NCBI GenBank assembly: GCA_964658305.1
Contig: OZ210885.1
Span: 18,414,001-18,478,000, forward strand
Direction: 5' to 3'
From: Leptogorgia sarmentosa
Lineage: Eukaryota
Length of the DNA: 64,000 bases
Shown: one piece after another, positions 53,150 to 64,000 of the stretch
Numbering within the stretch: position 1 is the stretch's first letter
Layout of the letters: the number at the start of each line of letters is the position of its first letter
Translations under genes and position numbers: made by a program
Notes under the pieces: generated by a model
The model's database searches: none
What the model saw: only the letters and a program-made list of their open reading frames with translations
Told to the model about the DNA's origin: nothing

Positions 53150-53737
53150 AAGAATAGATTCCAGGATTTTCTTTTCTGTTTTGTTCCTGCTTTTTGGGAG
53201 ACGAATCTTCTTTTGGCTGGATGGTATGTTATTTTCTTTTTCATCTTTTAGGAATTTTATCTCTTCTTCTTCTTCTTTTTTCTTTGCGGGGGGTGTGGTT
53301 TCCTCTTCCCACTGGAAAAATTTGCATTGGTCTTTGTCGCCTTGTTGTCGGGGGCAGAAAAAGAAGATTCTTCCTTTATTAGGACCACTGTTTTCTCACA
53401 CAGCGTCTTTTGGATACCTCGTTATGATAACACTGCGGTCTTTCAAGTATGATTTTATCGGCGTATTCACATTTATCTGTGTTTTTTGAGCACACAAAAA
53501 AGGGACGACCATAGTTGTCTTTCATCATATGTTTTACGACGTGGAGTTTTGCTAGGTTGTTATCACAACACACGGCTGTGGTTGTTCTGTTTCATGATAC
53601 GTAGCCATAGCAGTTTCGTAAATGAATCCTTCGTCTTCGGAGCATATGAAATTACAGGTTGGTTTTTGCTTGCAGAACCAGAATTTTCCATTTTCAGTTT
53701 GAGTTGTGCCAGCAGGTAGTTTGTGTAAGCATTCCAT
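53150..53737 (-). pseudogene. Tandem GRF-type zinc-finger protein
   Basis: CLH..ENGKFWFC..CNF; C..NYGRPFFVC..C; CYH..GRIFFFC..CKFFQW; frameshifts present. Confidence 0.7.
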
Positions 53738-53879
53738 TATTGCGGTATGATTTTGTTTTCAGTGTTCTTTCCTTTTATAAAACATTTCCTGTGGTCTTTT
53801 TCCCGTGGTTATTTTTCCTGAGGTTATTTTTCCTGTGGTTTGTGGGTATATAAAATGCTGCAAGAATGAGTTTTGTTAA

Positions 53880-56800
53880 ATGAGTATGGAGTCTACTGAA
53901 TGGGAGTGGGGAGATACGAACGACTCATGGATTTCGGATGTGCCCGATCCGCAAACCGATGTACAAGCTGAATGGGAGCAGGGAGATACGAATGACTCTG
54001 GGGATTCACAACACGGAGGGAAAAAGAGAAAAGCCGAAGACGATGAAGTTAGCACTCCGGAAAAGTTTTATACAATTAATGAAGTTCGTCAAGTAAAAGC
54101 CAAAAAGTATCGTACAACTGCCATGGATTATTCTGTCCACTTTAATGATCTGCAAGATCTCGATCTTGTTCGGGAGTATGAACGTACACAAGAAATTTTT
54201 GAGCAACTACTTACCGATGTTACGGAAGGAATGCGGGAAACAAACCTATTTTGCTTCCATTTATGCCTGTTTCACGACTGACACCCGAACGAGTTTTTTC
54301 TCAAATCGAACGTGTTGTACAATCCAAGCAGGAGTTACGTCTAAACAAGTCAGTCATTGTCGATATTATTCATGTCGAGATGCCTAGCGGTAGCGGAAGG
54401 CAGAGCCGCAATAATATTGATTTGTTGAGTTATTTACACAACAAGAAATCGGTAGTAACCATTAAGAACAAAGACAATTTATGTTTAGCCTGAGCTTTAG
54501 TGGTTGCTATTGCAAAAATTGACAAAGACAAAAGGTACAAGCTCCTAGCCAATTCCCGTACACAACCCATTGTTACGGAAACGAAACGTATTTATTTGTA
54601 CTTACATAATAACTCGGATAGCGGATCATTTATGCGATAGCATGTGCAAAATGTGTCGTGGTTTGGATTGTTCCTTTATTGATCCAAGAAGCTGTACGGA
54701 TTGTAAAAGGATGTTTAAGAGGCAAGCATGTTATGACAGACATAAGGAGCCTATAGGAAATGGTCAGTCTGTATGCCAACAAGTGAAAAAGTGTTTGAAA
54801 TGTGGGAAATCAATGAGAATTCACCTTTTACCGGATCACCTATGCCAAAAAACAAAATGCACAACATGTGGGGAGCTTGCTGATGATAAAGATGTGCATT
54901 ATTGCTACATGAAAAAACCTGAGAAAAAAAAGGAGGAAAGCTATGATCAGCTGTTCTTCTTTGACTTTGAGTGTCGGCAAGAAGATGGAATTCACAAACC
55001 AAATCTATGCATTGTTCAAAATGAAATGGGGGACGAATGGAGTTTTTCTGGAGAAAATACAAATTTGGATTTTTGTAAATGGTTGTTTACAAAAGAGCAT
55101 AAGAATTGCGTGTTCCTAGCCCATAACTTTCAGGGGTATGACAGATATTTTATTCAAAATTATTTGAGCAAGAATGGAGTAAGGTATGATGTTATCATGA
55201 GCGGAGCCAAGATTATAACACTGACAGTTCCTATGCTTAACATACGATTTATTGACTCGTTAAATTTCATTCCTATGGGTCTTGCTAAATTCCCAAAGAC
55301 ATTTGGGTTGAATGAATTACATAAAGGATATTTTCCTCATTTGTTTAATAAGAAGGAAAATGAGAATTATGTTGCACCTATTCCGTGCGAACCGTACTAT
55401 AACCCAAATGAAACGAGTCCAGAAATGGCACAAAGAGCAAAGAGACAATAATGTCGTGTTTGATTTTGTTAAAGAGATTACCAAGTACTGTAGATCCGAT
55501 GTGGATATTTTGAGAAATAGCTGTATGGAGTTTCGTGAATTGTTTCGGGATAGTACCGGAATTGATCCGTTTGAGAAATGTCTAACAATTGCTAGTGCGT
55601 GTCAATTGGTTTACCATACCAATTTTTTGAAAGAAAACACAATCGCAATTTTAAATTCCGACCGACATCTGAAAATGAAGCAATCCAACACAGCTATAAA
55701 GTGATTGTCGTATGTGTCTGAGAAAGAGGGTATCTGCATTGAACATGTGAGGAATGGTGGTGAGAAGCGTGTGGGCAAGTATTCCTTGGATGGTTATCAT
55801 GAAGAATCGAACACAGCGTACGAGTTTCAGGGATGTCTTTGGCATGGTAAGTAAAGTTTACAAGAGAGATTTGTTGACTAGATTTGTTAACTATGTTATT
55901 TTTAGGGTGTTTAACGTGTTATGTACGTAATACCGTGAATCCAGTAAATGGAAAAACTATGCAAGATCTTTACAAAGGCACAAAGCTATTTCATGCTGCA
56001 AAGCTATTTCACAAATGTGAAGGCGAAGAGAGAATAAAATATGTGGATTTTACAAGTTTGTATCCTTGGTGTAACAAGTCAACGAGAATGGTAGTAGGGC
56101 ATCCGGAAATTATCACTGAAAATTTTCAGGACATTTCAACATACTTTGGTCTAATAAAATGCACTGTGTTACCACCTTGGGGGTTGTTTCATCCAGTTCT
56201 ACCTTATCGTACTCCTGGTAAATTAACCTTCCCATTATGCAAAGCGTGCGTTGATACCACCAACCACACTACATGCACCCACTCTGATGAACAAAGAGCC
56301 ATTCTTGGTACGTGCTGTGTCACATGGAGGTGCTGAAGGCAATAGTAAAAGGGTACCGAATTCTACGGCTACATGAGGTGTGGCATTTTCCAGAACAATC
56401 CGACGAGTTAAAGAGTATGTGGACACCTTTTTAAAAATTAAGCAGGAAGCCAGCAGCTACCCAAAAGATTGCACCACACCCGAACAGAAGCAAACCTACG
56501 TGACTGAATATTTGGAGCATGAAGGAATTGTGATGGATCCGGAGAAGATTACACACAATCCTGGCTTGCGCGCTTTAGCCAAACTCATGCTAAACTCGTT
56601 TTGGGGTAAGTAATATATTGCTTTTCATATTTATATATTTTTGGGTAATTGTATTTTTTGTTTAGGTAAATTTGGACAGCGTGGGAATTTAGGTAAGACA
56701 GAAATGATAACGGAGCCGCAAAAGTACTTTGACCTTCTGACCTCCGACGAATTTGAAGTGTCCAATGCCCGAATAGTTAGCGATAACATGATTGAGGTAC

Positions 56801-57337
56801 AATACAAGAGCGTTGGTGATTTTGAGGAACCAAATAGCAAAGCGAATGTGCTTGTTGCTTTCACTACGGCGTATGGAAGCCTAAAACTTTACGGTTTATT
56901 GGACATGCTACAAGAACGCGTACTTTACTACGATACAGATTCGGTTATATATGTGTCTAAGCCCGGCGAACCAGAACCACCTCTAGGAAATTATCTCGGT
57001 GATTTAACCGACGAGTTAGACGGAGACTATATTACCACGTTTGTGTCGGGAGGACCAAAGAATTACGCATATCATACAGCTGGAAACAAAAGTACGGGGG
57101 ATTACCTTGAATCATACAACATTGCAAAAGATAAACCCTGACGTCATTCGTGCACTTGTGCACTTACATACAGAGTGTAATGCTGAAGCGAAAGTTACAA
57201 TTAACATTCCATTCAAAATCACGCGGGATAAAAAGGAGAAAAACATTGTAACAAAAAAGATGAAAAAGGATTACCGGATTGTATACGACAAACGTGTTAT
57301 TAAAGACAACTATAAAACATTACCCTATGGGTTTTAA
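53880..57337 (+). pseudogene. Protein-primed family B DNA polymerase with introns; multiple frameshifts, stops and deletions
   Basis: FFDFEC, AHNFQGYD, FIDSLNF, KGYFPH, YCRSDV, YEFQGCLWHGC, YVDFTSLYP, KLMLNSFWGKFGQ, YYDTDS, GPKNY, YDKR..TLPYGF. Confidence 0.95.
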
Positions 57338-58360
57338 TGTAAAAATATTTTATTAAACATTGTTTTTGAACGCTGTCTATTGTCTCTCTTTTGGTAACAT
57401 GTGTTGGTACTTTTCTGGACACTTTCCCCAAAAACCACCATCTTTTAAACTTTGATCCCCATACTTTGCAATTGTTCATCTTAGTTGTTCACATTCAGAA
57501 TGAAAATTGACAGCCAAGGTGTAGTAGTTATCTTTCCAGCGAATTTGTTCCCTCTTTATCATACGATGAAATAACTGAGGAATAGAGTAGAAACCCTCAA
57601 AGAAGGTATGTACATATGTCATCATCTCTATTTACGAAATGTACACTACCAGTTGTTTTGTTGGTAATAACAAAGTATTCTCCGTCACAGAAACACATTC
57701 TGCAAATGAAATGAATGAATACTTTTCTCTTTTATATATCATATTTTCCTGTGGTTTTTTCCTGAGGTTTTTTCATATAAGTAGAGATGATGTAAATAGA
57801 GACATTTAGATTTCCTTTTTTGTACTAAAACGTCAAACCGCAAACCGCAGGGAATCACGTGATTATGTCCTGCGGTCGCGTTTGCCGTAAATTCTTCACG
57901 TTTTCGATGGCAGAATTGTATTTTGCAGTGGGTCATTTCCCTGAAGGTTTTATTTCACTGGGATCAGGTACGTTCACGTATTGTGTGCTTACTTTTGTTG
58001 AAATACCTCTCATCTCTTGGTGTGATTGATAATTAAATATGAATATGTGTTTTTATTCGTTTTAAAACAACAAACGTAAAGGCGTTCGTATTTCCAACAT
58101 GGCAGCCATATAAATGCACTCAATATTGACCCATTCTTGTGTGTAGAATGAGATAAACAACACTTTGAAGAGATTAACGTACCATACCGTAATAGCTTGA
58201 TTTGTTTTTTTTCAAAAAGCATTATGCAGCAGCATGAGTAGTTTAACATCATTTGCAAACTGCATGCATTTTAGGTTTGTAAATCTTTGCCTCATTTTTG
58301 AATTTTTCGGATGTTATTTTCCGTTTTTATGTCTTTTATTTTATAAGGTTGCTAACCACT

Positions 58361-59412
58361 ATGCCATTCAGATGGCCTGCCTTACAAAACGACATAGATT
58401 TGGCAAAAGAGGTGATAGCAAAAAATCCTGAGAAACCATGTGATTGGGATGCCATAGCAATTTGTCTTCAAAGCCTTTTTTCTGAAACCGTTAGCAAGCC
58501 AGTGGAGATAAAGGGGAGGAGCTGTAGAGAACGGATGGAAAGACTAATAAAAAAGTATAAAGATGAAGATGCCGCATCTCTGAAACGGTATGTATAAATT
58601 TCATACATGTGCAATATGATTTGTTTTGTGACAGTGTATGGAAGCAAAATGTAATTCATATAAGTAAATAAGGTATGACAAAACAAGCTGGTTATCCTAT
58701 GCTATGTGTTGCTGTGATATGAGATCCAGTTGAGTTCTTAGCAAACGAGTTTATGGCATCAGATACAGTATATAATTTTAAATGTTATCATCGCCATATG
58801 CCTATAAAGTACTTCAAGGAATGAACAGTTAGTGTACAGTACTATATTTGTCTGTTGAAATGTACTTCATGTCCCAATAGCCTAACTCAAATAAATATTA
58901 ACCTGATGTAATGCTTGATGTAGAGTATGAGTTGGGTTTATTTCTGCCACACAGAATTACATAATTCTTGTTTGTGATAAATCTTTTTTGCATGCTTTAT
59001 TGAAGAAAGAAGTCCAGAAGTATTAAAAAGTTCATCAAGTAGTGAGGAAGCAGAGTATTCCCATATTTTACAACCTAAGAAAAACAAAGGTATAAAGTGA
59101 GAGTGCATTTTTTTATCAGCACAACAGCTAATTTTCTTAAACAATTTAATAATCACAGATCACTGATTATCTTGATTTTTCTTAGGGAAAAAGCTAAAAA
59201 AAAGGGCAAGCAAAATATCTGCAGTGGAAATGTTAAGTCAAAAATACCAACAAAAAGCTGAGTTGAAGGAGAAAGAGTTAGAAGTGAGAAAAATGGAAAT
59301 AGAATTACAGAAAAGAAAATTTGAAGAAGAATCAGAAGAAAGAAAAATTCGATTTAAATTGGAAATGGAGGAACGAAAAGTCATGTTAGAAATGTTGCAG
59401 AAGAAGATGTAA
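58361..59412 (+). pseudogene. Harbinger accessory Myb/SANT-like protein with coiled-coil tail
   Basis: FRW...DIDLAKEVI..P...WDAIA..L....RSCRERMERLIKKY; charged C-terminal exon. Confidence 0.75.
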
Positions 59413-59496
59413 ACTAGGAAACGATACAAAAACTTCAAAATTTTATTTACAGTTTTCAAGTGCTGTTACAAACAATGTACATAGAGAGTTATATTT

Positions 59497-61020
59497 TCAC
59501 TCATTCGTTAAATATGTTTCAAGAGCTGGTGGGTTAACCTCAAAAAATGTGCTTGTAAGGGAGCCATATAAACATGTGTGGCAATTTGTCATTAGCACTC
59601 CAACTGCGTAGTATTTAGCTACAGGTTGTAAGAGAACTTTCAGATTTTTTTTAAAATCTAAAAAAGCAAAATACTGGCAAATTTTGCCAAATCCCCATTC
59701 TACACTAACACGAACTTTGCTCATTCCTTTATTGAATTTTTTTTCATCTTGTGTCAAATTAGCACCTCGAAATGGAGCCAAAATATTCCTGTTTAGGCCA
59801 TAGGCAGGGTCACCGTGAACAACATAGACATCTCTATTTGCACCTTCTAGTCGTTGCAATTTTTCGCTAACACCACTTACAGCGAGCATGAACGCATCGT
59901 GCCTTCTTCCCTCGATAGGACCATACAAATGAGCGATAAGCCCATTAGGTGCATGGATTGACTAAGAAGAAACAAAGATTTATTGCATACTACTATCTAC
60001 TATGCATCACACGTGCAATTTGATTGTAACACAGAACTACCTGGAATTTAATGCAGTGCACTCTTATGACCACTGTACATTATCCTTTGATTACGTACAG
60101 GTCTGGCTATTTGTCTTACTGTGCCATCGATGAAACCCCAACATCTGTCGAGAGTAGCACCTTTGGCGTGAATTGCATCTGCGAAACGGTCCAGATCTAA
60201 CCAGACTAAGTTTAAAGATTCCAGTAAATGTTTGTGGCGATTGAAAATGTCATCCACAATCTGAAAATATTACCATATTCAATGCCAAATGGAAAGAAAT
60301 TAAAAGAGAAACCGTGATAACGAAAATTAACAAACCGTGTTGAAAATAAGACTTAGTTCGGATTCACTCCTCCGGAATAATGGAACTAGGTCGCACCACC
60401 TGTTAGGATACGCCAACCGTCTCAACATTATCATCAGTGCTTCAAGTCCCGTCGCAGATGTCCCTTGTATTTTTCAGGTAAACGCAAGGCACTACACAGG
60501 CGTTCTAAGTCACCTTTTTCAAACCTGTAAAAGTAAAAGTTGTTCATTACACACTTACCATAACAAATACACAGGTACAAATAATTTTTATTTCCTAAAA
60601 TTAACTATCTTGTCTATTATCAAGGCTTTATTAAAAATTCTCTACTTAATTTCTTAAAAATTAATCTCTAAGGCCTGTTTCAGACGTCGAACTTTAGTCG
60701 CGTCGAATGCAATTAGAACAATAGATAATGAGATAACTTGCCTCATTATCAGCTCATTATCCTTTGTCCGAATTGCATTCGACACGACTAAAGTTCGACG
60801 TTTGAAACAGGCCTAACGTATTTCAAATTTACTTGCCTGAACTTCTGCAAGCATTCAATATCACCTAGAGCACGAAAGTCCAGTGTACCTTCAATTTCCC
60901 GTTTGGGACAAAAAAGTGAATCCAAAAGTAAAAAATCAAGATCTTCGTCTTCGCTACTTGAATTTCTTGAGCTGCTATCAAAACTATAAGTTATTGTGTC
61001 CAATATTTCTTTAAATTCAT
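59497..61020 (-). pseudogene. Harbinger (HARBI1-like) DDE transposase, spliced
   Basis: RLAYPNRWCDL, WGFIDGT, YSGHK, GRRHD, GDPAY, RVSVEWGFG. Confidence 0.92.
60672..60813. mobile_element. Palindromic Harbinger-type MITE in a transposase intron
   Basis: GGCCTGTTTCA.ACGTCGAACTTTAGTCG TIR; TAA TSD. Confidence 0.8.
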
Positions 61021-61310
61021 GCCTATAAATTATTTAAGATCAGTTATGTTTGTTGATTGTTTTTTTTTTCAACAAAACATACCAGAAAACAGGAAACTAA
61101 CCTTTTTGAACTCGCCATCTTTAATTCATACGAAAATAACTCGCTGATACAGCGGAATGTAACGCGCAGTTTGCCGGCATTTTATGCAAAAACTAAAAGC
61201 AATTATTGTTTAAACGGCAAACCGCAAACGGCAAACTGCAAACCGCGGTTTGCGGGATAATGAATTAAGTGAAATCTAAATGTCTCTAATAATAAAATTT
61301 TATTTACGCA

Positions 61311-61814
61311 ATGGATGTGGTAGTTGACGAGCTTCGTAAAAATGGCATTGATATTGATAAAACAACACTGTCTTATTTTATTAATAAACTGTACCATGAC
61401 AATCCGAATGTATATGGGCTTAAATTTTCGTATGAAGATTTGTTTATGGCATGGGAAGAACTATGTCCCAGTTCGCTTGGTCACATGATGGCTTTCTTGA
61501 CCGCAGTACACTTTCAGGATCTTAGCGATAAGCAAAAGCGTGATGTGGTACAGCTCACAGTTCCAGTTTTGGAAAACATTGACTTATCGGAGTACAAAAG
61601 AGAGAAAGAATATATTTGGAATAAATATACACTAGTACGAAATACCATACACCGCTATGTATGTCGTCGCATGGACCCTGTGCTATGCTACTGTTACGTT
61701 ATCGGAAGTGTTATTGGTCTAATAGTAAAAAGATGGAAAGTATGGGAAAGAGTGCAAACTACTGCACATTATTTGTACTATAAAATACGATACCATAATG
61801 GATTTGGGATATAA
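61311..61814 (+). CDS. Polinton hypothetical protein (167 aa)
   Basis: Open ATG ORF just upstream of the ATPase; hydrophobic segment near the C-terminus. Confidence 0.5.
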   Translation: MDVVVDELRKNGIDIDKTTLSYFINKLYHDNPNVYGLKFSYEDLFMAWEELCPSSLGHMMAFLTAVHFQDLSDKQKRDVVQLTVPVLENIDLSEYKREKEYIWNKYTLVRNTIHRYVCRRMDPVLCYCYVIGSVIGLIVKRWKVWERVQTTAHYLYYKIRYHNGFGI

Positions 61815-61857
61815 GAAACGTATATACATTTTGAACTGCTATTTACACATTGACGTG

Positions 61858-62484
61858 ATGGATGTAAGGTTCAAAGTACCAGCTAATTTTTATGTGTCAG
61901 GACAAAGTCAAAGCGGAAAATCATTTTTGGTCCGCAAATTACTACAACATTCAAACAAATTATGTAACCCTGTTCCTACAAAGATCATTTATTGTTATGG
62001 GGAGTATCAGAAAGAGTTTGAAGAACTACAAAATGTGGATTTGGTCGAAGGATTTCCGTCAAATTTGGATAAGTTAACCTGAGGACATGACAATTCGATC
62101 GTGGTGTTGGATGATCTCATGGGAGAATGTTCAAAAGATCAACGTGTCTCCGATTTATTTACACGTGGATCTCACCATAAAGGCATTTTTGTATTATATC
62201 TCATGCAGAACCTATTTCCACCAGGAAAATTATCAAGAACCATTAGCTTAAATTGCCATTACATTTTTGTGTTTAAAAATCCACGTGATTCTCTCGGGAT
62301 TGCAACACTGGCTAAACAAATGTATCCTAGACAGAGCAATTTTTTGGTGGATTCCTTTCACGATGCTACGAAACAACCACATAGTTATTTACTTATTGAT
62401 TGTCATCCACAAACTCCGGAAAATATACGATTACGTACAAATATTTTACCTGGTGAAAGACAAATTGTGTATATAAAGAAGTAA
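61858..62484 (+). pseudogene. A32/FtsK-like DNA packaging ATPase with in-frame TGA at 62080-62082
   Basis: Walker A GQSQSGKS, Walker B VVLDDLM, FTRGSHH, QN.F, SRTISLN, FKNPRD. Confidence 0.92.
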
Positions 62485-62527
62485 AAACAAAACACACACT
62501 CATTTGCGTGATACGTAGCGTACGATA

Positions 62528-63226
62528 ATGACATCGAGAAACATTGCTGTATTCGTTACCGGTGGTACAAAAAAATTAACATTAGATGAACCTTTCTTAG
62601 CGCGCCGTAAGTCGTTACAGGGTACTACAATACAACTAAAAAAAGCAACAGTTTTTTGGAAGTTCAAAAATGTTACGTCTACAAATAACAAATTTACGGT
62701 TAATAACGTAGAAAAGGAGCTCAGTGAGGGGTATTGGGATTTTGAACTTATTAAAGAACGACTGAAAGGAGATAAAATCAATCTCACCGCAAACATACAC
62801 GATAATACGTGTGATGTCGAAAATAAATCGGGAGCTACAGTAAACTTAAAAAAGTTTGGAGAATTATTGGGATTTCCTACGGATACAAGCATACCTCAAG
62901 ATACAGTTACCAAATGATCAAAAGCAGTTGACGTGAATTTTGGGTTAAAATACCTCACAGTTACATGCGATCTTGCGAATCCACATAGAAATGTTGACAC
63001 AGACGGAAGTACAAGCACAAACATTGCCTATTTACCTATCCCTCCCGGTACACGTTTAAACTCCACCGTTTCCGGTTCTAATCATCATCCAATAGTTCCT
63101 GTTAAGGAGGACATTGTTACCGAAATAACATTTACCGTGAGCTCAAACATACCACATATTCCTGTGGATGTTGACGTGCTTCTTAATCTTGTTGTGAATG
63201 GTATACAAAGGGAACACACCTACTGA
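62528..63226 (+). pseudogene. Putative minor capsid (penton)-like protein with one internal stop
   Basis: Two in-frame ORFs separated by TGA at 62915-62917; beta-rich; G.Y, LLGF and YLTVTCDL motifs; follows the ATPase. Confidence 0.45.
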
Positions 63227-63244
63227 ATGTTAGTCATTTATAGG

Positions 63245-63540
63245 ATGTCTTCGTTTGTGAAAAGAGCCCAACCGCTCCTACTAACATTAGCAAAATCAAA
63301 ACCCGCATTGCGAAACACTATTCTTCAGCACGCCCCTGCGGATTTGATTAAAGCTATTTCCGAAATTATTTTAAACGTACTTAAAGGGGCTCTAAAAATA
63401 ACTCCACGTCAGAAAAAACGTTTAGCTTGCTAGAAAAACAAACTTCGTGAGCTATCAAGTAACAAAGTGTCAGAAAAAGTAAAAAGAAAATACCTTAGCC
63501 AAAAAGGTGCTGGTGGTGGGGCTGCCTTGGCGGCAGTACT
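63245..63540 (+). pseudogene. Small basic Polinton protein ending in a QKGAG Gly motif
   Basis: LIKAISEIILNVLKG...KKRL...LREL...KRKYLSQKGAGG; one stop. Confidence 0.6.
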
Positions 63541-64000
63541 AGTGAGAAACCAAAACACCCAAAAGTGCAGGTAGGCTAATTGTAAGTTGAAAAATTGATT
63601 CATACAGTCCTTATTAAAAGGTAATTATTTTTTAGGAAACCTCAATTTTGCAAGAGGAGACAACTAGTCACCAGACTTTTAGTGATGATGAGGAGAAGAG
63701 AAATGAGAACGTCAAGAAGAGTGCTGATGCAGAACCTGGAAATTTTCCTGTTCCTTTACCGTATCCACCATACTCACCACAAATAATTAATGCTGAGAAA
63801 GCAAATACCATTCTGTTAGTAAGATCACAATTGATTCGCGAGTCAGCAAGATTTTACCTTGGCTTGAAATACGACTTATCAAGACATGATATAATTTGCC
63901 AACATATTTTGAAAAGACAAAGACAAAACCATCAAAGGTAAATAGACATGTGCATGTATGTGCATAAAGTATACCATTGTGTATTGGTGTATTCATGATG

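Larger units (their letters stand above)
57798..61287. mobile_element. Two-gene PIF/Harbinger transposon inserted in the Polinton
   Basis: 17-bp TIR AGAGACATTTAGATTTC; TSD AAT (57795-57797 and 61288-61290). Confidence 0.92.
50690..63540 (+). mobile_element. Polinton/Maverick (adintovirus-like) element, decayed; right end not seen
   Basis: Begins AGTAGT exactly where the tandem unit breaks; contains pPolB, packaging ATPase and capsid-module-like ORFs. Confidence 0.9.

Noticed and set aside
62080..62082. Stop-codon readthrough or selenocysteine in the ATPase
   Set aside because: Neighbouring Polinton genes also carry stops and frameshifts; decay is the simpler explanation.

Overview
This is AT-rich, intron-containing eukaryotic DNA, inferred to be from an invertebrate and probably a cnidarian. 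It is made almost entirely of nested transposable elements, and I recognise no ordinary host gene. From left to right: (1) a decayed BEL/Pao LTR retrotransposon on the minus strand (1-~6093). (2) A spliced Mutator/MULE (ZSWIM3-like) transposase gene with an N-terminal Ulp1-like protease domain (7220-42860), split by five insertions with readable ends: a Harbinger MITE, a young BEL element with identical 193-bp LTRs, a 13.7-kb KDZ-transposase element (128-bp TIRs, 7-bp TSD), a small tRNA-carrying MITE, and an 8.25-kb TGCA-ended element (TTA TSD) encoding an unclassified DDE-like protein with two PHD fingers. (3) Two head-to-head relatives of an Academ-like/RING TIR element (42889-48615). (4) A 375-bp tandem array with nested insertions. 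(5) From 50690, a decayed Polinton/Maverick with an intron-containing protein-primed PolB, a packaging ATPase and capsid-module-like genes, interrupted by a two-gene PIF/Harbinger transposon. Family assignments come from motif recognition by eye; no searches were run.
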